A stretch of 64,000 bases of DNA from an uncultured Clostridia bacterium (GTDB lineage: Bacteria > Bacillota > Clostridia > TANB77 > CAG-508): positions 11,406-75,405 of the forward strand of contig CAKOVH010000005.1 of assembly GCA_934121885.1 (NCBI GenBank), written 5' to 3'. Below the pieces are notes generated by a model, which was given only the letters and a program-made list of their open reading frames with translations, was not told where the DNA came from and did no database searches. The translations under genes were made by a program, and so were the position numbers. Positions 42,801-53,006 of the stretch are shown one piece after another (positions within the stretch are counted from its first letter, which is position 1; every line of letters starts with the position of its first letter).

Positions 42801-43697
42801 CTACAAAACTGCACCTATCATTCCTGCTTCATTATCAAATTTTGCTAAAACAACTTCTGGAACAAAATCTGTATGAAAAACATATCTTCTTTCTTTCATT
42901 TTATTTACTAAAGGTTGATATAAGATATCTTTGTAATGTACAAACCCTCCACCTAAACATATTGCCTCAGGTTCAAAAATATCTATTATATTAAATAGAC
43001 CTACTTCTAGGTCATTAATATAATTATTAATAATTTCTTTTATTTCTTCATTTTCTAAATTTTGATATAATAGTTGCTTTAATACTACTGAATTATCTAG
43101 TTCATATTTATTTCCATATATCTTTTCTAGAATGTTTCTTATTCTACTTTTAAATCTTTTTATCGAACAACATGTCTCAAAACATCCTGTTTTTCCGCAA
43201 TTGCATTTTGTTCCACTTTTATCAATTACCATATGTCCAAGTTCAAAACCTGCTCCTCTATTCGTTTTTAGCAAACTATTATTTAAAAATACTGCTCCAC
43301 CAATACCAGTTCCTAAACATAAAAACACACAATCTTTATACTCTTTTAGTGTCCCTATATTCTTTTCGGCAAGTCCTGCAGCCTTTGCATCATTAATTAC
43401 ATTTACGCATGTGTTATATTTTTCTATCAAATATGAAAAATCAATTTCTTTAATATTTAAATTTACTAAATTTTTTACTATATAATTCTCAGGATCTCCC
43501 GGAACAGCTATTCCTATCTTGTTTATAAAAGCATTTTTACTTAATTCCTGTATGGCTTTATCCACATAATTAACAATATATTCCTTAGCATTTTCCTTTT
43601 TCTTTATATCTTCTTCTAATTTATTAATAATTTTACCATTATCTTCAATTAATCCAACTGCTACATGACTTCCGCCAATATCTATTCCGATTTTCAT
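42801..43697 (-). CDS. glcK: ROK-family glucokinase
   Basis: 298 aa. IGIDIGGS N-terminus, ROK zinc motif CNCGKTGCFETC. Confidence 0.85.
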   Translation of the reverse strand: MKIGIDIGGSHVAVGLIEDNGKIINKLEEDIKKKENAKEYIVNYVDKAIQELSKNAFINKIGIAVPGDPENYIVKNLVNLNIKEIDFSYLIEKYNTCVNVINDAKAAGLAEKNIGTLKEYKDCVFLCLGTGIGGAVFLNNSLLKTNRGAGFELGHMVIDKSGTKCNCGKTGCFETCCSIKRFKSRIRNILEKIYGNKYELDNSVVLKQLLYQNLENEEIKEIINNYINDLEVGLFNIIDIFEPEAICLGGGFVHYKDILYQPLVNKMKERRYVFHTDFVPEVVLAKFDNEAGMIGAVL

Positions 43698-43772
43698 ACA
43701 TTTACCTCGTTTTTTTTCTATTATATTATTTTATGAAAAAAGATACAAGGTCCTTCTTGTATCTTTTAACCA

Positions 43773-45137
43773 TTATAAACTGTTCCAATCTATGTTTACA
43801 GAATCGAATAGCCATCCACCCATATACATTTCGATACATGGTACAATAATTACTACAACTAAGAATATTAAGAATATACCAACAATCGAGTATATGATTT
43901 GTGGAAGAGCTGCCATAATCTTTCTCATTAAGTTTTCTATGTCAATTTCCATATATTCAACTAGTTTACTCATCATTTCTGGCAAATCAGTCTGCATACC
44001 TATTTTTAACATTTCAGTTTGCATTGGAGATGTAAGTCCAGATTTTTCAAATGGTTCAATCCATGATGCACCTATAAAAATGTTATTTATAGAAGTTTCA
44101 ATTATAGAAAGCATTACATAGTTTTTAACAACAGATTTACTAACATCTAATGCTTCTTGAATTCTCATACCATTTTCTAAGTTTAAAAGCATCGCTTTCA
44201 TAAGTCTAGAATAATCTAGTGCAAATACAAGCTTTCCAAATATAGGCATTTTGTATTTGAAATAGTGAAAATTGTATTTACCTTTTGGTGTACTAATATA
44301 TGCAATTATAATTCCAACAATACCCAAAATTATTACTACTGGTATATACCAATATGTTGATAGAGCATTACAAAACTTTACAAATGCCACTGTTATTCCA
44401 GGAAGCTTTGCACTTGAACCAGCTTTTGCAAAAGCCTCTTCAATTTGTGGAATAATATATGCTACACCAAAAATAAGTATACCAAGTATTACAATAATCA
44501 TTGCCGCATTTGGAACAATCATTTTTCTTATTTTCCCGTTTGTGTCATCTGCAGTTTCTAGATACTTAACAGCTTGCTCTAATGACTTAGTTAAAGATCC
44601 TGAAAGTTCACCAACTTTTATCATATTAACATATAAGTATGGAAATATATTTGAATAATATTCCATTGTTGCATACATATATTCTCCGGCTTCAACACCA
44701 GCTAATATATCTTGTAATACGCCTCTTAACGTCATATTTTCTGTACTATCAATTATCGTTGATAATGCGTGGATATTATTAAAGTTAGCCTTTTTTAATA
44801 CATAAAAATTTTGTGTAAAAATAATTAAGTCTCTTGATGTAACTTTTTCATCTCTTGCAAGGGCCATATTAACCTTTTCCTTAAGGCTTGGCTTCATCAT
44901 TGCCCTGCCTTGTAATATATTAGATGAATCCGCTTGTTTCATAATATCATCTATATCCATCATATTACGCTTATTTGCTTTTTTCTTTTTACTATTAATT
45001 CTAACTTGCGTTACACTAATTGGCAACAATTCGTTATTTTTAAGCTTTCTAATTAATGTATTTTTGTTAACTTCTTCTACCTTATTTCTTACAATCTGTC
45101 CTTTTGAAGTTACAGCTTTATATACATACTCTGGCAT
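43773..45137 (-). CDS. pilC: Type IV pilus platform protein PilC (GspF family)
   Basis: 454 aa. Duplicated GspF domain, three TM segments. Confidence 0.8.
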   Translation of the reverse strand: MPEYVYKAVTSKGQIVRNKVEEVNKNTLIRKLKNNELLPISVTQVRINSKKKKANKRNMMDIDDIMKQADSSNILQGRAMMKPSLKEKVNMALARDEKVTSRDLIIFTQNFYVLKKANFNNIHALSTIIDSTENMTLRGVLQDILAGVEAGEYMYATMEYYSNIFPYLYVNMIKVGELSGSLTKSLEQAVKYLETADDTNGKIRKMIVPNAAMIIVILGILIFGVAYIIPQIEEAFAKAGSSAKLPGITVAFVKFCNALSTYWYIPVVIILGIVGIIIAYISTPKGKYNFHYFKYKMPIFGKLVFALDYSRLMKAMLLNLENGMRIQEALDVSKSVVKNYVMLSIIETSINNIFIGASWIEPFEKSGLTSPMQTEMLKIGMQTDLPEMMSKLVEYMEIDIENLMRKIMAALPQIIYSIVGIFLIFLVVVIIVPCIEMYMGGWLFDSVNIDWNSL

Positions 45138-45170
45138 TGCTTCCTCCTTTTTTCTTGAATTTTACTTAAA

Positions 45171-46286
45171 TTATTGATTTATTCTATCTCTATCCCTTTT
45201 TATTTTTAATTGCATAATTGTTCTATTTAATATCTCTATATTTTTTTCTTCTATTTGTGCTTTTGCTTGATCTAATGTTATTATATCATTTACAAATAAT
45301 TCTGCAATAGAATTTATTAATCCTATACTACCTTTTTCACTATTACTTTGAATTGCATCTTCAATTTCTGATACACTTATCTTTTCTTTTCTTATTATAC
45401 CCGAAATAATATTATCTACAACCATAACTTCAGGAACAAGTGCTAATTTTCCATTTCTTCCTGGCAATAATCTTTGTGATATTACAAGTTTTAATAATGA
45501 TGAAATCATATATTTTACAGTTTGTTGATCTCTTATTTCATAGAAATTTACCATTCTATCAATTGTTTCTGCACATGATTTTGTATGAAGAGTTCCAATT
45601 ACTAAATGACCTGCTTCAGCAGTTTCTATAGCAGCTTCCATGGTTTCTTTATCACGAATTTCTCCTATTACTAATATATCACAATCTTCTCTTAAAGAGT
45701 TCTTTACTCCATCACTAAATGTTAAGCAATCTCTACCAAGTCCAATTTCTTTTTGAACTATTATAGATTTTTTTGATATATGTTTGTACTCTACTGGATT
45801 TTCCAAAGTTAATATTTTTTTGTTTTGAGTTTCGTTTATTTCATTTATTAAAGCATTTAAAGTTGTTGTCTTTCCTGAGTTTGTTTTTCCAGTAACTAAT
45901 ATTAAGCCCTGTGGTTGATATGTCATACGTCTTACAATATCAGGTACACCTAAATCTTCATATTTAGGAAGTTCATTTTTTATTAATCTTAAAGTAAATG
46001 TTGGAATTTCATTTGTTTGTGAAATATTTACTCTTAAACGAATATCTTCAAATTCAAAAGAACAATCTAATCTTTTTTTCTCTTTAAATACTCTATCTTT
46101 ATCTAAGTTTCCTCTTACAAAGTAATCATATGCTTCGCTCATGTCATCATCAGTTAATTCCTCTGTTTCTTCACACGGAATAAGCTCTCTCATTATTCTT
46201 AGCATTGGTTTAATACCACAAATTAAATGAACATCTGATGCATTTTTTTTCCTAGCTGTATCTAGTATTTTATCTATATCTATCAT
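45171..46286 (-). CDS. pilT: Type IV pilus retraction ATPase PilT
   Basis: 371 aa. Walker A GKTNSGKTTT, His box, size and position typical of PilT. Confidence 0.8.
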   Translation of the reverse strand: MIDIDKILDTARKKNASDVHLICGIKPMLRIMRELIPCEETEELTDDDMSEAYDYFVRGNLDKDRVFKEKKRLDCSFEFEDIRLRVNISQTNEIPTFTLRLIKNELPKYEDLGVPDIVRRMTYQPQGLILVTGKTNSGKTTTLNALINEINETQNKKILTLENPVEYKHISKKSIIVQKEIGLGRDCLTFSDGVKNSLREDCDILVIGEIRDKETMEAAIETAEAGHLVIGTLHTKSCAETIDRMVNFYEIRDQQTVKYMISSLLKLVISQRLLPGRNGKLALVPEVMVVDNIISGIIRKEKISVSEIEDAIQSNSEKGSIGLINSIAELFVNDIITLDQAKAQIEEKNIEILNRTIMQLKIKRDRDRINQ

Positions 46287-46305
46287 TTGTTATCCTCCTT
46301 ACATT

Positions 46306-47931
46306 TTAGTAAAGTGCTAATTTATTATTAAGTTCTTGTAAATTTGTAGTTCCAGCTAATATTTTCTTAATTCCATCTATTACTAATGGTTTGTATCCTC
46401 CATTCATAGCTACTTTTTTTATTTCCATTGCTGATGCATTGTTTACAATTAACTCTCTTATCTCATCATCTAATACTAAAACTTCAAAAATTCCTATTCT
46501 TCCGTAATATCCACTATTATTACATTTTTTACATCCAACTGCATCATACGTTTTAATTCCATCCAAATTAATATTAACACCATATTTACTTGCAATTCCA
46601 TATATAATTTCTTTTTCTGCTTCTGTAAAATCTCTTTCTTTTGCACATTCTGGACATAATTTTCTTACTAATCTTTGTGATACAGTTGTTGCAAGTGTAC
46701 TTGATATATCATAGTTTGATATCCCCATTTTTCTAAGTCTTGTTATTACTTCAACGCTATCAATTGTATGTATTGTTGACAAAACATAGTGTCCAGTTTG
46801 TCCAGCTTGTAATGCTATTTCTGCTGTTTCTGTATCTCTAATTTCACCTACTAGAATTATGTCTGGGTCTTGTCTAAGTACTGTTCTTAATGAACCTGCA
46901 AATGTATTTTTACTATCAACTTCTATTTGGTTAAGTCCATCAATTCTAATTTCTACTGGATCTTCAATTGTAGTTATATTTATTTCTGGTCTATTTAAAT
47001 AATCAATTATACTATATAATGTAGTTGTTTTTCCTTCTCCCGTTGGAGCAGCAATAATTGTTATACTGTTCTTTTTATTAAATGCTCTTTTTACTAAGGT
47101 TGCATCTTGAGGAAAACCTAGTTCAAATATTTGCTTTACATCAGCATTTTTCTTTAAAAGTCTTAAAACAAATTTTTCCCCATACACATTTCTTTGTGAT
47201 GATACACGTATATTATATTCTGGGTACATTATAATTCTACCATCTTGTGATTCTTGTTTTTCCTGGTGCATATTAGATATTGCTTTTAATCTTCCAACTA
47301 TTTGAGCTTCTTTTTCTTTTGAGATATTAACTGCGTTTATAAGTTGTCCATCTATTCTATATCTTACCCTTAAAGTATCTTGCATTGGCTCAAAGTGAAT
47401 ATCACTTGCTCTTTTTTCCATTGCTGATCTAATTACACTATCTACAAATGACGAAGCATCTGAGTTTACTTCAATATTTTCGGTATTTCCTTCTAATGAA
47501 TTCAGAATTATATCTACATTTGTTTCAAATGTAATATATTTATCCATTATTAAACCCTTATTTAATAATAATAACCTTACTGTTTCTACTGATCTTCTAT
47601 TTGATGTATCGGCAAAGCATACTTTTACTCTTCCACTTACTTCTTCAAATGGAATTGCTTTATTTTGTTTCGCAATATCAACAGAAATATAATCGGCAAT
47701 ATTTATTTTAATATCAGATTCTTTTAAATATATAGCTTTTTCTTCTAAAATTTCTCCCATAGCATCTATTAGCACATATGGGTCACATACCCTTAATATA
47801 TTTAAAATATCTCCTATTTTTTTCTTTGGTTCTGCTTTTTGATAATCGAGTGCTCTTGCAATATCATCTTCTGTTACAATTCCTTTTTTTACTAGTTCTA
47901 TTCCTAATGGTTGTTTTCTTTTTCCTTCCAT
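46306..47931 (-). CDS. pilB: Type IV pilus assembly ATPase PilB (GspE family)
   Basis: 541 aa. N-terminal GSPII_E_N domain, Walker A APTGEGKTTTLYS, tetracysteine CPEC...CKKC. Confidence 0.85.
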   Translation of the reverse strand: MEGKRKQPLGIELVKKGIVTEDDIARALDYQKAEPKKKIGDILNILRVCDPYVLIDAMGEILEEKAIYLKESDIKINIADYISVDIAKQNKAIPFEEVSGRVKVCFADTSNRRSVETVRLLLLNKGLIMDKYITFETNVDIILNSLEGNTENIEVNSDASSFVDSVIRSAMEKRASDIHFEPMQDTLRVRYRIDGQLINAVNISKEKEAQIVGRLKAISNMHQEKQESQDGRIIMYPEYNIRVSSQRNVYGEKFVLRLLKKNADVKQIFELGFPQDATLVKRAFNKKNSITIIAAPTGEGKTTTLYSIIDYLNRPEINITTIEDPVEIRIDGLNQIEVDSKNTFAGSLRTVLRQDPDIILVGEIRDTETAEIALQAGQTGHYVLSTIHTIDSVEVITRLRKMGISNYDISSTLATTVSQRLVRKLCPECAKERDFTEAEKEIIYGIASKYGVNINLDGIKTYDAVGCKKCNNSGYYGRIGIFEVLVLDDEIRELIVNNASAMEIKKVAMNGGYKPLVIDGIKKILAGTTNLQELNNKLALY

Positions 47932-48018
47932 AAGTTACTCCTTTCTTTTGTTTACTCTCCATTTAATTATACAATATTTTCTATATTTAGTGTATATATT
48001 GCATTAAAATACATTTAT

Positions 48019-48480
48019 TTACCAATATCTTAAAACAAAATCTATGTTTCTTGTAATTTGCTCTCTATCCGTGCCAAATGTTGAACTTACATTAATTAGT
48101 GTTTTAGAAAACGAGTTTATTACATATGGCTTTTTTTCAAATGAAAATGATTTAACATATTTTGATATCTCTTCATTATTTCTATAAATACTATTATCTC
48201 TATATTCATATTTTGTTCCATCTGCAAATTGCAAACTATCTTCAGAGATTGTAACAATCTCTGTGTTTCTTTTTACATCTGCTATAAAAAACATACTAAA
48301 TTTATTAAACTCAGCTACATATTTTGGTGAATCTTTTATTCCTTCTATATTGCTATAAAAATAGTTAGAAATATTAGCCATAATTGCAATAATAATAACA
48401 AAAACAATAATATATATAACAAGTGATGTTAAAGTAATTCCTTTTTCTTCCTTAAGCATTTGTTTATTTAGTCTAATCAT
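48019..48480 (-). CDS. Minor pilin / pseudopilin-like protein with noncanonical class-III signal (KG|ITLTS)
   Basis: 153 aa. Short basic leader then G-ITLTSLVIYIIVFVII hydrophobic helix. Lacks Glu at +5. Confidence 0.55.
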   Translation of the reverse strand: MIRLNKQMLKEEKGITLTSLVIYIIVFVIIIAIMANISNYFYSNIEGIKDSPKYVAEFNKFSMFFIADVKRNTEIVTISEDSLQFADGTKYEYRDNSIYRNNEEISKYVKSFSFEKKPYVINSFSKTLINVSSTFGTDREQITRNIDFVLRYW

Positions 48481-48503
48481 GGTTATATTTCTCCTTTCAT
48501 ATT

Positions 48504-48911
48504 CTATAACTCTTTAACTTTAATTTTATTTATTACAATTTTCTCGGTATCGCCAGCAATTTTATATTCTATTGTTAACTTAACATTCTTTATCAAGTCC
48601 TCTTTATCATTTCCTTCATTATAATTAGTTACTTCCATTTTTAAACTATATCCATTTGGGATTGAAAATTTTTGTCTATACATATTTTCCATTCCATTTT
48701 GAACCTCATCATATGTTATTTTATCTATATCTTCTAGTATTTGAATAGAATAATTTGTTGCTGATGCAGTAATTTTGGTTTTGGAATTAACAACATATGA
48801 AGAATAAAATGCTGTTACCACTAATCCTGAAAATATTAAAAAAATTATCATTGCAATAACTAAATCTGTCATTGTAAATCCAAAGTCTGATTTTATATTT
48901 GTTTTAATCAT
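48504..48911 (-). CDS. Pilin-like protein (G|FTMTD signal, Asp at +5)
   Basis: Start set at MIKTNIKSDFGFTMTDLVIAMIIF (AGGTGA RBS), 4 nt after the pilD stop. Confidence 0.55.
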   Translation of the reverse strand: MIKTNIKSDFGFTMTDLVIAMIIFLIFSGLVVTAFYSSYVVNSKTKITASATNYSIQILEDIDKITYDEVQNGMENMYRQKFSIPNGYSLKMEVTNYNEGNDKEDLIKNVKLTIEYKIAGDTEKIVINKIKVKEL

Positions 48912-48915
48912 ATTA

Positions 48916-49731
48916 TCACCTATAAAAAATATATAAATTTGTAGCAATTAAATAAATTATATTTGAAGCACATAAGTAAAAGCCTATAGGAATTTTACTT
49001 ACATCTTTACTATTAGTTTTAACATATTTTATTTCTTTTTTTACTAATTTTTTTATAATTAATTGCATAAATATTGCTATTAATGTCATTGTTATTGTAT
49101 CAATACATACAACTTCATATGTATACATAAGCATAAATATAACTAATATTAATATATCAATAGGATAACTATCTTTCGATTTTTTTCGAAGATATAATGT
49201 ATTAAATAGCATTAGTATTCCTATTAATATGTAATATATAACATATCTATATATACTAGTGTCATGTTCTATTAGGTATAGATATATTATATATATAGTA
49301 ACACAAATAAAGCCAAATAATAAAACTGGCTTTTCAATTTTGATATTTTCCTTATCAATTCCTGCAATAATAAATAATGTAGAAATATATAATAATCCCA
49401 TAATTAAGTATGCAAGTACTTGTACACTTAAATTAAAAATGTTTAACTTTATAGATACAGCAAATAAAAGAAAAACTATTCCAGATAATATCTCAAGCAT
49501 TAAATATCTTGGTCTAATTTTTTCTTTACAATATCTGCATTTTCCTCCTAAGAAGCAATAACTTAAAATTGGAATCATATCAAAAAATGAAAGTTTATGA
49601 TTGCATTTTGGACAATATGAACGAGTGTGAGTTATATCTTGTCTTAATGGTATTCTATAAACTGCTAGTGTAAAAAAACTACCAAATACTGTTCCGATGC
49701 AAAAAACTAATAGATATAATATATAGTCCAT
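48916..49731 (-). CDS. pilD: Prepilin peptidase PilD (A24 family)
   Basis: 271 aa. N-terminal CPKC...CRYC zinc motif, polytopic membrane protein with conserved Asp residues. Confidence 0.85.
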   Translation of the reverse strand: MDYILYLLVFCIGTVFGSFFTLAVYRIPLRQDITHTRSYCPKCNHKLSFFDMIPILSYCFLGGKCRYCKEKIRPRYLMLEILSGIVFLLFAVSIKLNIFNLSVQVLAYLIMGLLYISTLFIIAGIDKENIKIEKPVLLFGFICVTIYIIYLYLIEHDTSIYRYVIYYILIGILMLFNTLYLRKKSKDSYPIDILILVIFMLMYTYEVVCIDTITMTLIAIFMQLIIKKLVKKEIKYVKTNSKDVSKIPIGFYLCASNIIYLIATNLYIFYR

Positions 49732-49744
49732 ATTTTCCTCCTTA

Positions 49745-49783
49745 TTTGAAAATAGAGGTTACCTAAATATAATAGATAACCTC
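49745..49783 (-). terminator. Terminator/attenuator directly after the 74-aa pilin gene
   Basis: gaggtta / taacctc stem followed by a U-rich tract on the minus strand. Confidence 0.5.
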
Positions 49784-49817
49784 ATATTTAGTTTAAATTA
49801 ATTTAAACTACATTAAA

Positions 49818-50042
49818 TTATTTTGATGTTGCTGGTAAATATCTGTCAATTACATTTATAGCTATTTGCTCAAATGCATTATACTCGTCTACAGCATTTG
49901 ATTGAAGATCTCTTGCTTTTTCTGCTCTTCCTATTAGTCCTGAATTTACAGCAAGTGAAATAGAAATTGTAGCAAGAATAACTAATATAATAATTGTTAC
50001 TACTAAAGCTACTAATGTAATACCGTTTTGACTTTTTAACAT
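49818..50042 (-). CDS. Candidate major pilin (74 aa) with noncanonical N-terminus NG|ITLVAL
   Basis: Strong AAGGAGG RBS, own downstream hairpin, class-III-like leader, hydrophobic alpha-1 helix. Ala replaces Glu at +5. Confidence 0.55.
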   Translation of the reverse strand: MLKSQNGITLVALVVTIIILVILATISISLAVNSGLIGRAEKARDLQSNAVDEYNAFEQIAINVIDRYLPATSK

Positions 50043-50107
50043 AAAAAATTCCCTCCTTGTTTTATATATTTTTTGTATATATCTATTTATAATAAATATA
50101 ACCTAAA

Positions 50108-50584
50108 TTATTTATATCCAAATTCATCATTGAAAAATGTATTTGTTGAACTATTTGTTCCACTATTATTTGTGTTTCCTGTTGTATTTGTATCATTTCC
50201 AGTTGTATTTGTTGTTTCATTTGTCAATTCTGCAAATGGATCTGGCTTTCCTGGTTTATAACTTGATGTTTGTTTATAAAGTTTTAAATCTTTTTCTGTA
50301 ACTTCATAAGAAATTTCTGTTTTTTCTATTTCTGTAATTTGTTCATTTATTTCTTCCTTCACATCATTTGGAGTTTCATATGCTTCTTTTACTGGAACTA
50401 CTTTATTTGATGGAATATAATCATAAAATAATATTCCTAAAATGAGTATAATAGCTATACCTAGTAAAATCATAATAAATATTTCTTTAATAACTGATTT
50501 TATCATATTTCCCTCCAATCTATAATCCAAGTTTTTCTCTACATCATTTTTGCTTTTCTTAGTTATTTGATGTAGCAGTTTCAC
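50108..50584 (-). CDS. Pilus-associated membrane-anchored protein with Thr/Asn-rich C-terminal tail
   Basis: 158 aa. Single TM, position between pilO-like gene and pilin. Confidence 0.45.
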   Translation of the reverse strand: MKLLHQITKKSKNDVEKNLDYRLEGNMIKSVIKEIFIMILLGIAIILILGILFYDYIPSNKVVPVKEAYETPNDVKEEINEQITEIEKTEISYEVTEKDLKLYKQTSSYKPGKPDPFAELTNETTNTTGNDTNTTGNTNNSGTNSSTNTFFNDEFGYK

Positions 50585-51164
50585 TCTTTATTCTAACATT
50601 TCTAACTTTAAATGTTGCAACTAAATCACTTCCGTTTTTAGTCATTTTAAAGTTTTCTATTTTAAATCCTAGTTTATCATCATCTTCTAATGATGCAATA
50701 AATTGTATAAGCTGTGCATATTGACCTTTTGCTGTAAATGCAAGTGTCTTTATATTTTCATTTCCTGCATCCCCAGTATTTATATCTAATTTTAGCCAAA
50801 CACCTCTTGAAGTAGCTTGTCTTCCAATTCTAACCCATAAATACTCTCGTAAATATGTTTCCTCAGTATTTGCTTTTGAAATTTCATTTTCTGTACTTAC
50901 CTTTGCCAAGTTAAAATATTCTTCTTTTTGTTTTAATAGAGTAGATACTGAATTTGAAAGTTCCTGTTTTTTGCTTGGATAATCTTTTTTTAAAAGTGAA
51001 TTTGTTTCTTCAATGTTATTAGTTAAATTATCATTTTCTGCAATAATTTGATCAATACTTAATATTTTGATTTTTCCAATTGTTATTCCCTTAGCCATTG
51101 CAAAATATACAAGAATAACCAATAAAACTATCAAAATTCCAATTAATAATTTTTTTAAGTTCAT
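50559..51164 (-). CDS. pilO: PilO-like type IV pilus assembly protein
   Basis: 201 aa. N-terminal TM, coiled-coil, C-terminal PilO-like domain. Confidence 0.6.
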   Translation of the reverse strand: MNLKKLLIGILIVLLVILVYFAMAKGITIGKIKILSIDQIIAENDNLTNNIEETNSLLKKDYPSKKQELSNSVSTLLKQKEEYFNLAKVSTENEISKANTEETYLREYLWVRIGRQATSRGVWLKLDINTGDAGNENIKTLAFTAKGQYAQLIQFIASLEDDDKLGFKIENFKMTKNGSDLVATFKVRNVRIKSETATSNN

Positions 51165-52807
51165 GGTAAATCCCCCTCTATTACAATTTTAACATATTCG
51201 CCTTGCTTTTCTGCTTGTGAAGAAATTACCGATTCCTTTTCTAAAATATTATCCTCTTTTAATTTTGCCTTAAAATATCCCAATTGTTCATACTGTTTAG
51301 ATTGAGCCTTAATAACAACATGTCTACCTGTTGTATTCTCTATCTCTGTAATTTGAACTCCTGTTGGAATAGTATTCATTATTTCCATTAGTAAATTCGG
51401 TATAATATTTTTTGATTTTTCTATATCTTCTAATCTTTCATTTATATTTTTTAAATTATTTGAAAGTTCTATATATCTATTTGTTTTTTGTTTTACAGCA
51501 GATGTATCTTTTTCTACCAAACTAATTTGAGTCTTAGTATCTGTTTTTACTTCATCTACCTCTTTTATTTTTTCACTAATTTGTTTATCTAAATATAATG
51601 AAAATCCAGAATATAATAGTGCTAATATTAATATTCCGCCAGCAGTTCTCATAAGCCATCTTTCTGTATGATCCATTTTAGTTTTTAGACTATCTAAACT
51701 AAAACTTACAGGTATACTTTTCTTTTCTTTGTTAGTATCTTTGCTTTTATGGCTGTTATTTCCGCCAATTTCAATTTTAGCCCAGTCTGGCAAATTTTCC
51801 ATAAAGCTTTTAGCTTTAAAGTTCATATTTTTTATTCCGTAGTCTAAACCTTGTAAAGATATTGCTATTGCTGAATTAACTTCTATATAATCTTTTATAT
51901 TTATCTTAACATTTTCATTTACGAAATAAGGTCTTAATATTTCGCATTTCTCACTTTTAAAGAATTCTTGAAAATATAAATCAATATTATTTACAACAGA
52001 CATTGTACCTGTAATATATATTTTGTCAAAGTCAATTGTAGAATTTGTAATATATTCTTGTAATTTTGTTACTATTTTATACAATGTAGGCATAATTTCA
52101 TCAAGATATTCATTTTCACGTTCTTGTAATTCTTGAGAATCCATTGTATAAATTGTACAATTTTTACATATTTCATATGCTTTAGAGTACGAATTTTCCT
52201 TCATACTTATTTTTTGTAAAATTTCTCCAGAACCTTCATCAATTTTTTCTATATTATAAACCTTTTGATTAACAATTGTTGTTATAGTTGTTTTTTCCTC
52301 TATATTAACAATTATAATGTTTTCTTTAGGCTTAATAGATGCAACATTTGCAATACTTGTTCCTATTGAAGTAACACATGAAGCTTTTGTATCATCTGTT
52401 AGCTGTATTGCTTTGTTAATTGTTGTTTTATTAGCTGATACATATATAACCTTTAGTTTATCTTTATCTTCTGGAACAGGAGCTAAAGCATATCTTCCCT
52501 CAAAAGCATTTTTGTTTATGTTTTTATCACTACAGTAAGATTCAAACTCTGTTTCTATTGCTTTTTTTAAATCATTTTTATTTAAAAGGCTAAACATATA
52601 AAAATAATTATACATTTCTTCTGAAAGATTAACGCTAATAGGAATTTTATAGCTATAAGTTTCTGAGATTATTTGTGAGATTGCATCACTTAATCGGTCA
52701 TAAAACTTAATGCCAAAAGATTCTACTTTTAGCACTTCGCGTTCTTTTGTGACTTTTGCATATTTAATTAAATTGCTCTCAATATATAATCCCAAACAAC
52801 TTGCCAT
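51161..52807 (-). CDS. pilMN: PilM-PilN fusion protein
   Basis: 548 aa. N-terminal actin-like PilM ATPase domain (about 330 aa) followed by a TM segment and PilN-like coiled-coil/fimbrial assembly region. Confidence 0.7.
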   Translation of the reverse strand: MASCLGLYIESNLIKYAKVTKEREVLKVESFGIKFYDRLSDAISQIISETYSYKIPISVNLSEEMYNYFYMFSLLNKNDLKKAIETEFESYCSDKNINKNAFEGRYALAPVPEDKDKLKVIYVSANKTTINKAIQLTDDTKASCVTSIGTSIANVASIKPKENIIIVNIEEKTTITTIVNQKVYNIEKIDEGSGEILQKISMKENSYSKAYEICKNCTIYTMDSQELQERENEYLDEIMPTLYKIVTKLQEYITNSTIDFDKIYITGTMSVVNNIDLYFQEFFKSEKCEILRPYFVNENVKINIKDYIEVNSAIAISLQGLDYGIKNMNFKAKSFMENLPDWAKIEIGGNNSHKSKDTNKEKKSIPVSFSLDSLKTKMDHTERWLMRTAGGILILALLYSGFSLYLDKQISEKIKEVDEVKTDTKTQISLVEKDTSAVKQKTNRYIELSNNLKNINERLEDIEKSKNIIPNLLMEIMNTIPTGVQITEIENTTGRHVVIKAQSKQYEQLGYFKAKLKEDNILEKESVISSQAEKQGEYVKIVIEGDLP

Positions 52808-52970
52808 TTTATTCTCCTTCGTTTTATATAATAAAATTCATTATTATATTTTACAAAATGTAATAATTAATACTTGAATGTTTTACCTTTTTTATCTCAT
52901 TTACATTTTTCAACATTAATTTTACCTTTTTTTTCTAAAAAGTCAATATTAACATCCAATATTTAATATT

Positions 52971-53005
52971 ATTGTAATATTTCTGTAATATTTCTGTAAC
53001 ATTTC
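52971..53005. repeat. Three tandem 11-bp direct repeats (tgtaatatttc x2, tgtaacatttc) in the pilus-operon promoter region
   Basis: Read directly: ttgtaatatttctgtaatatttctgtaacatttc. T8 tract at 52925-52934 nearby. Confidence 0.7.
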
Positions 53006-53006
53006 A

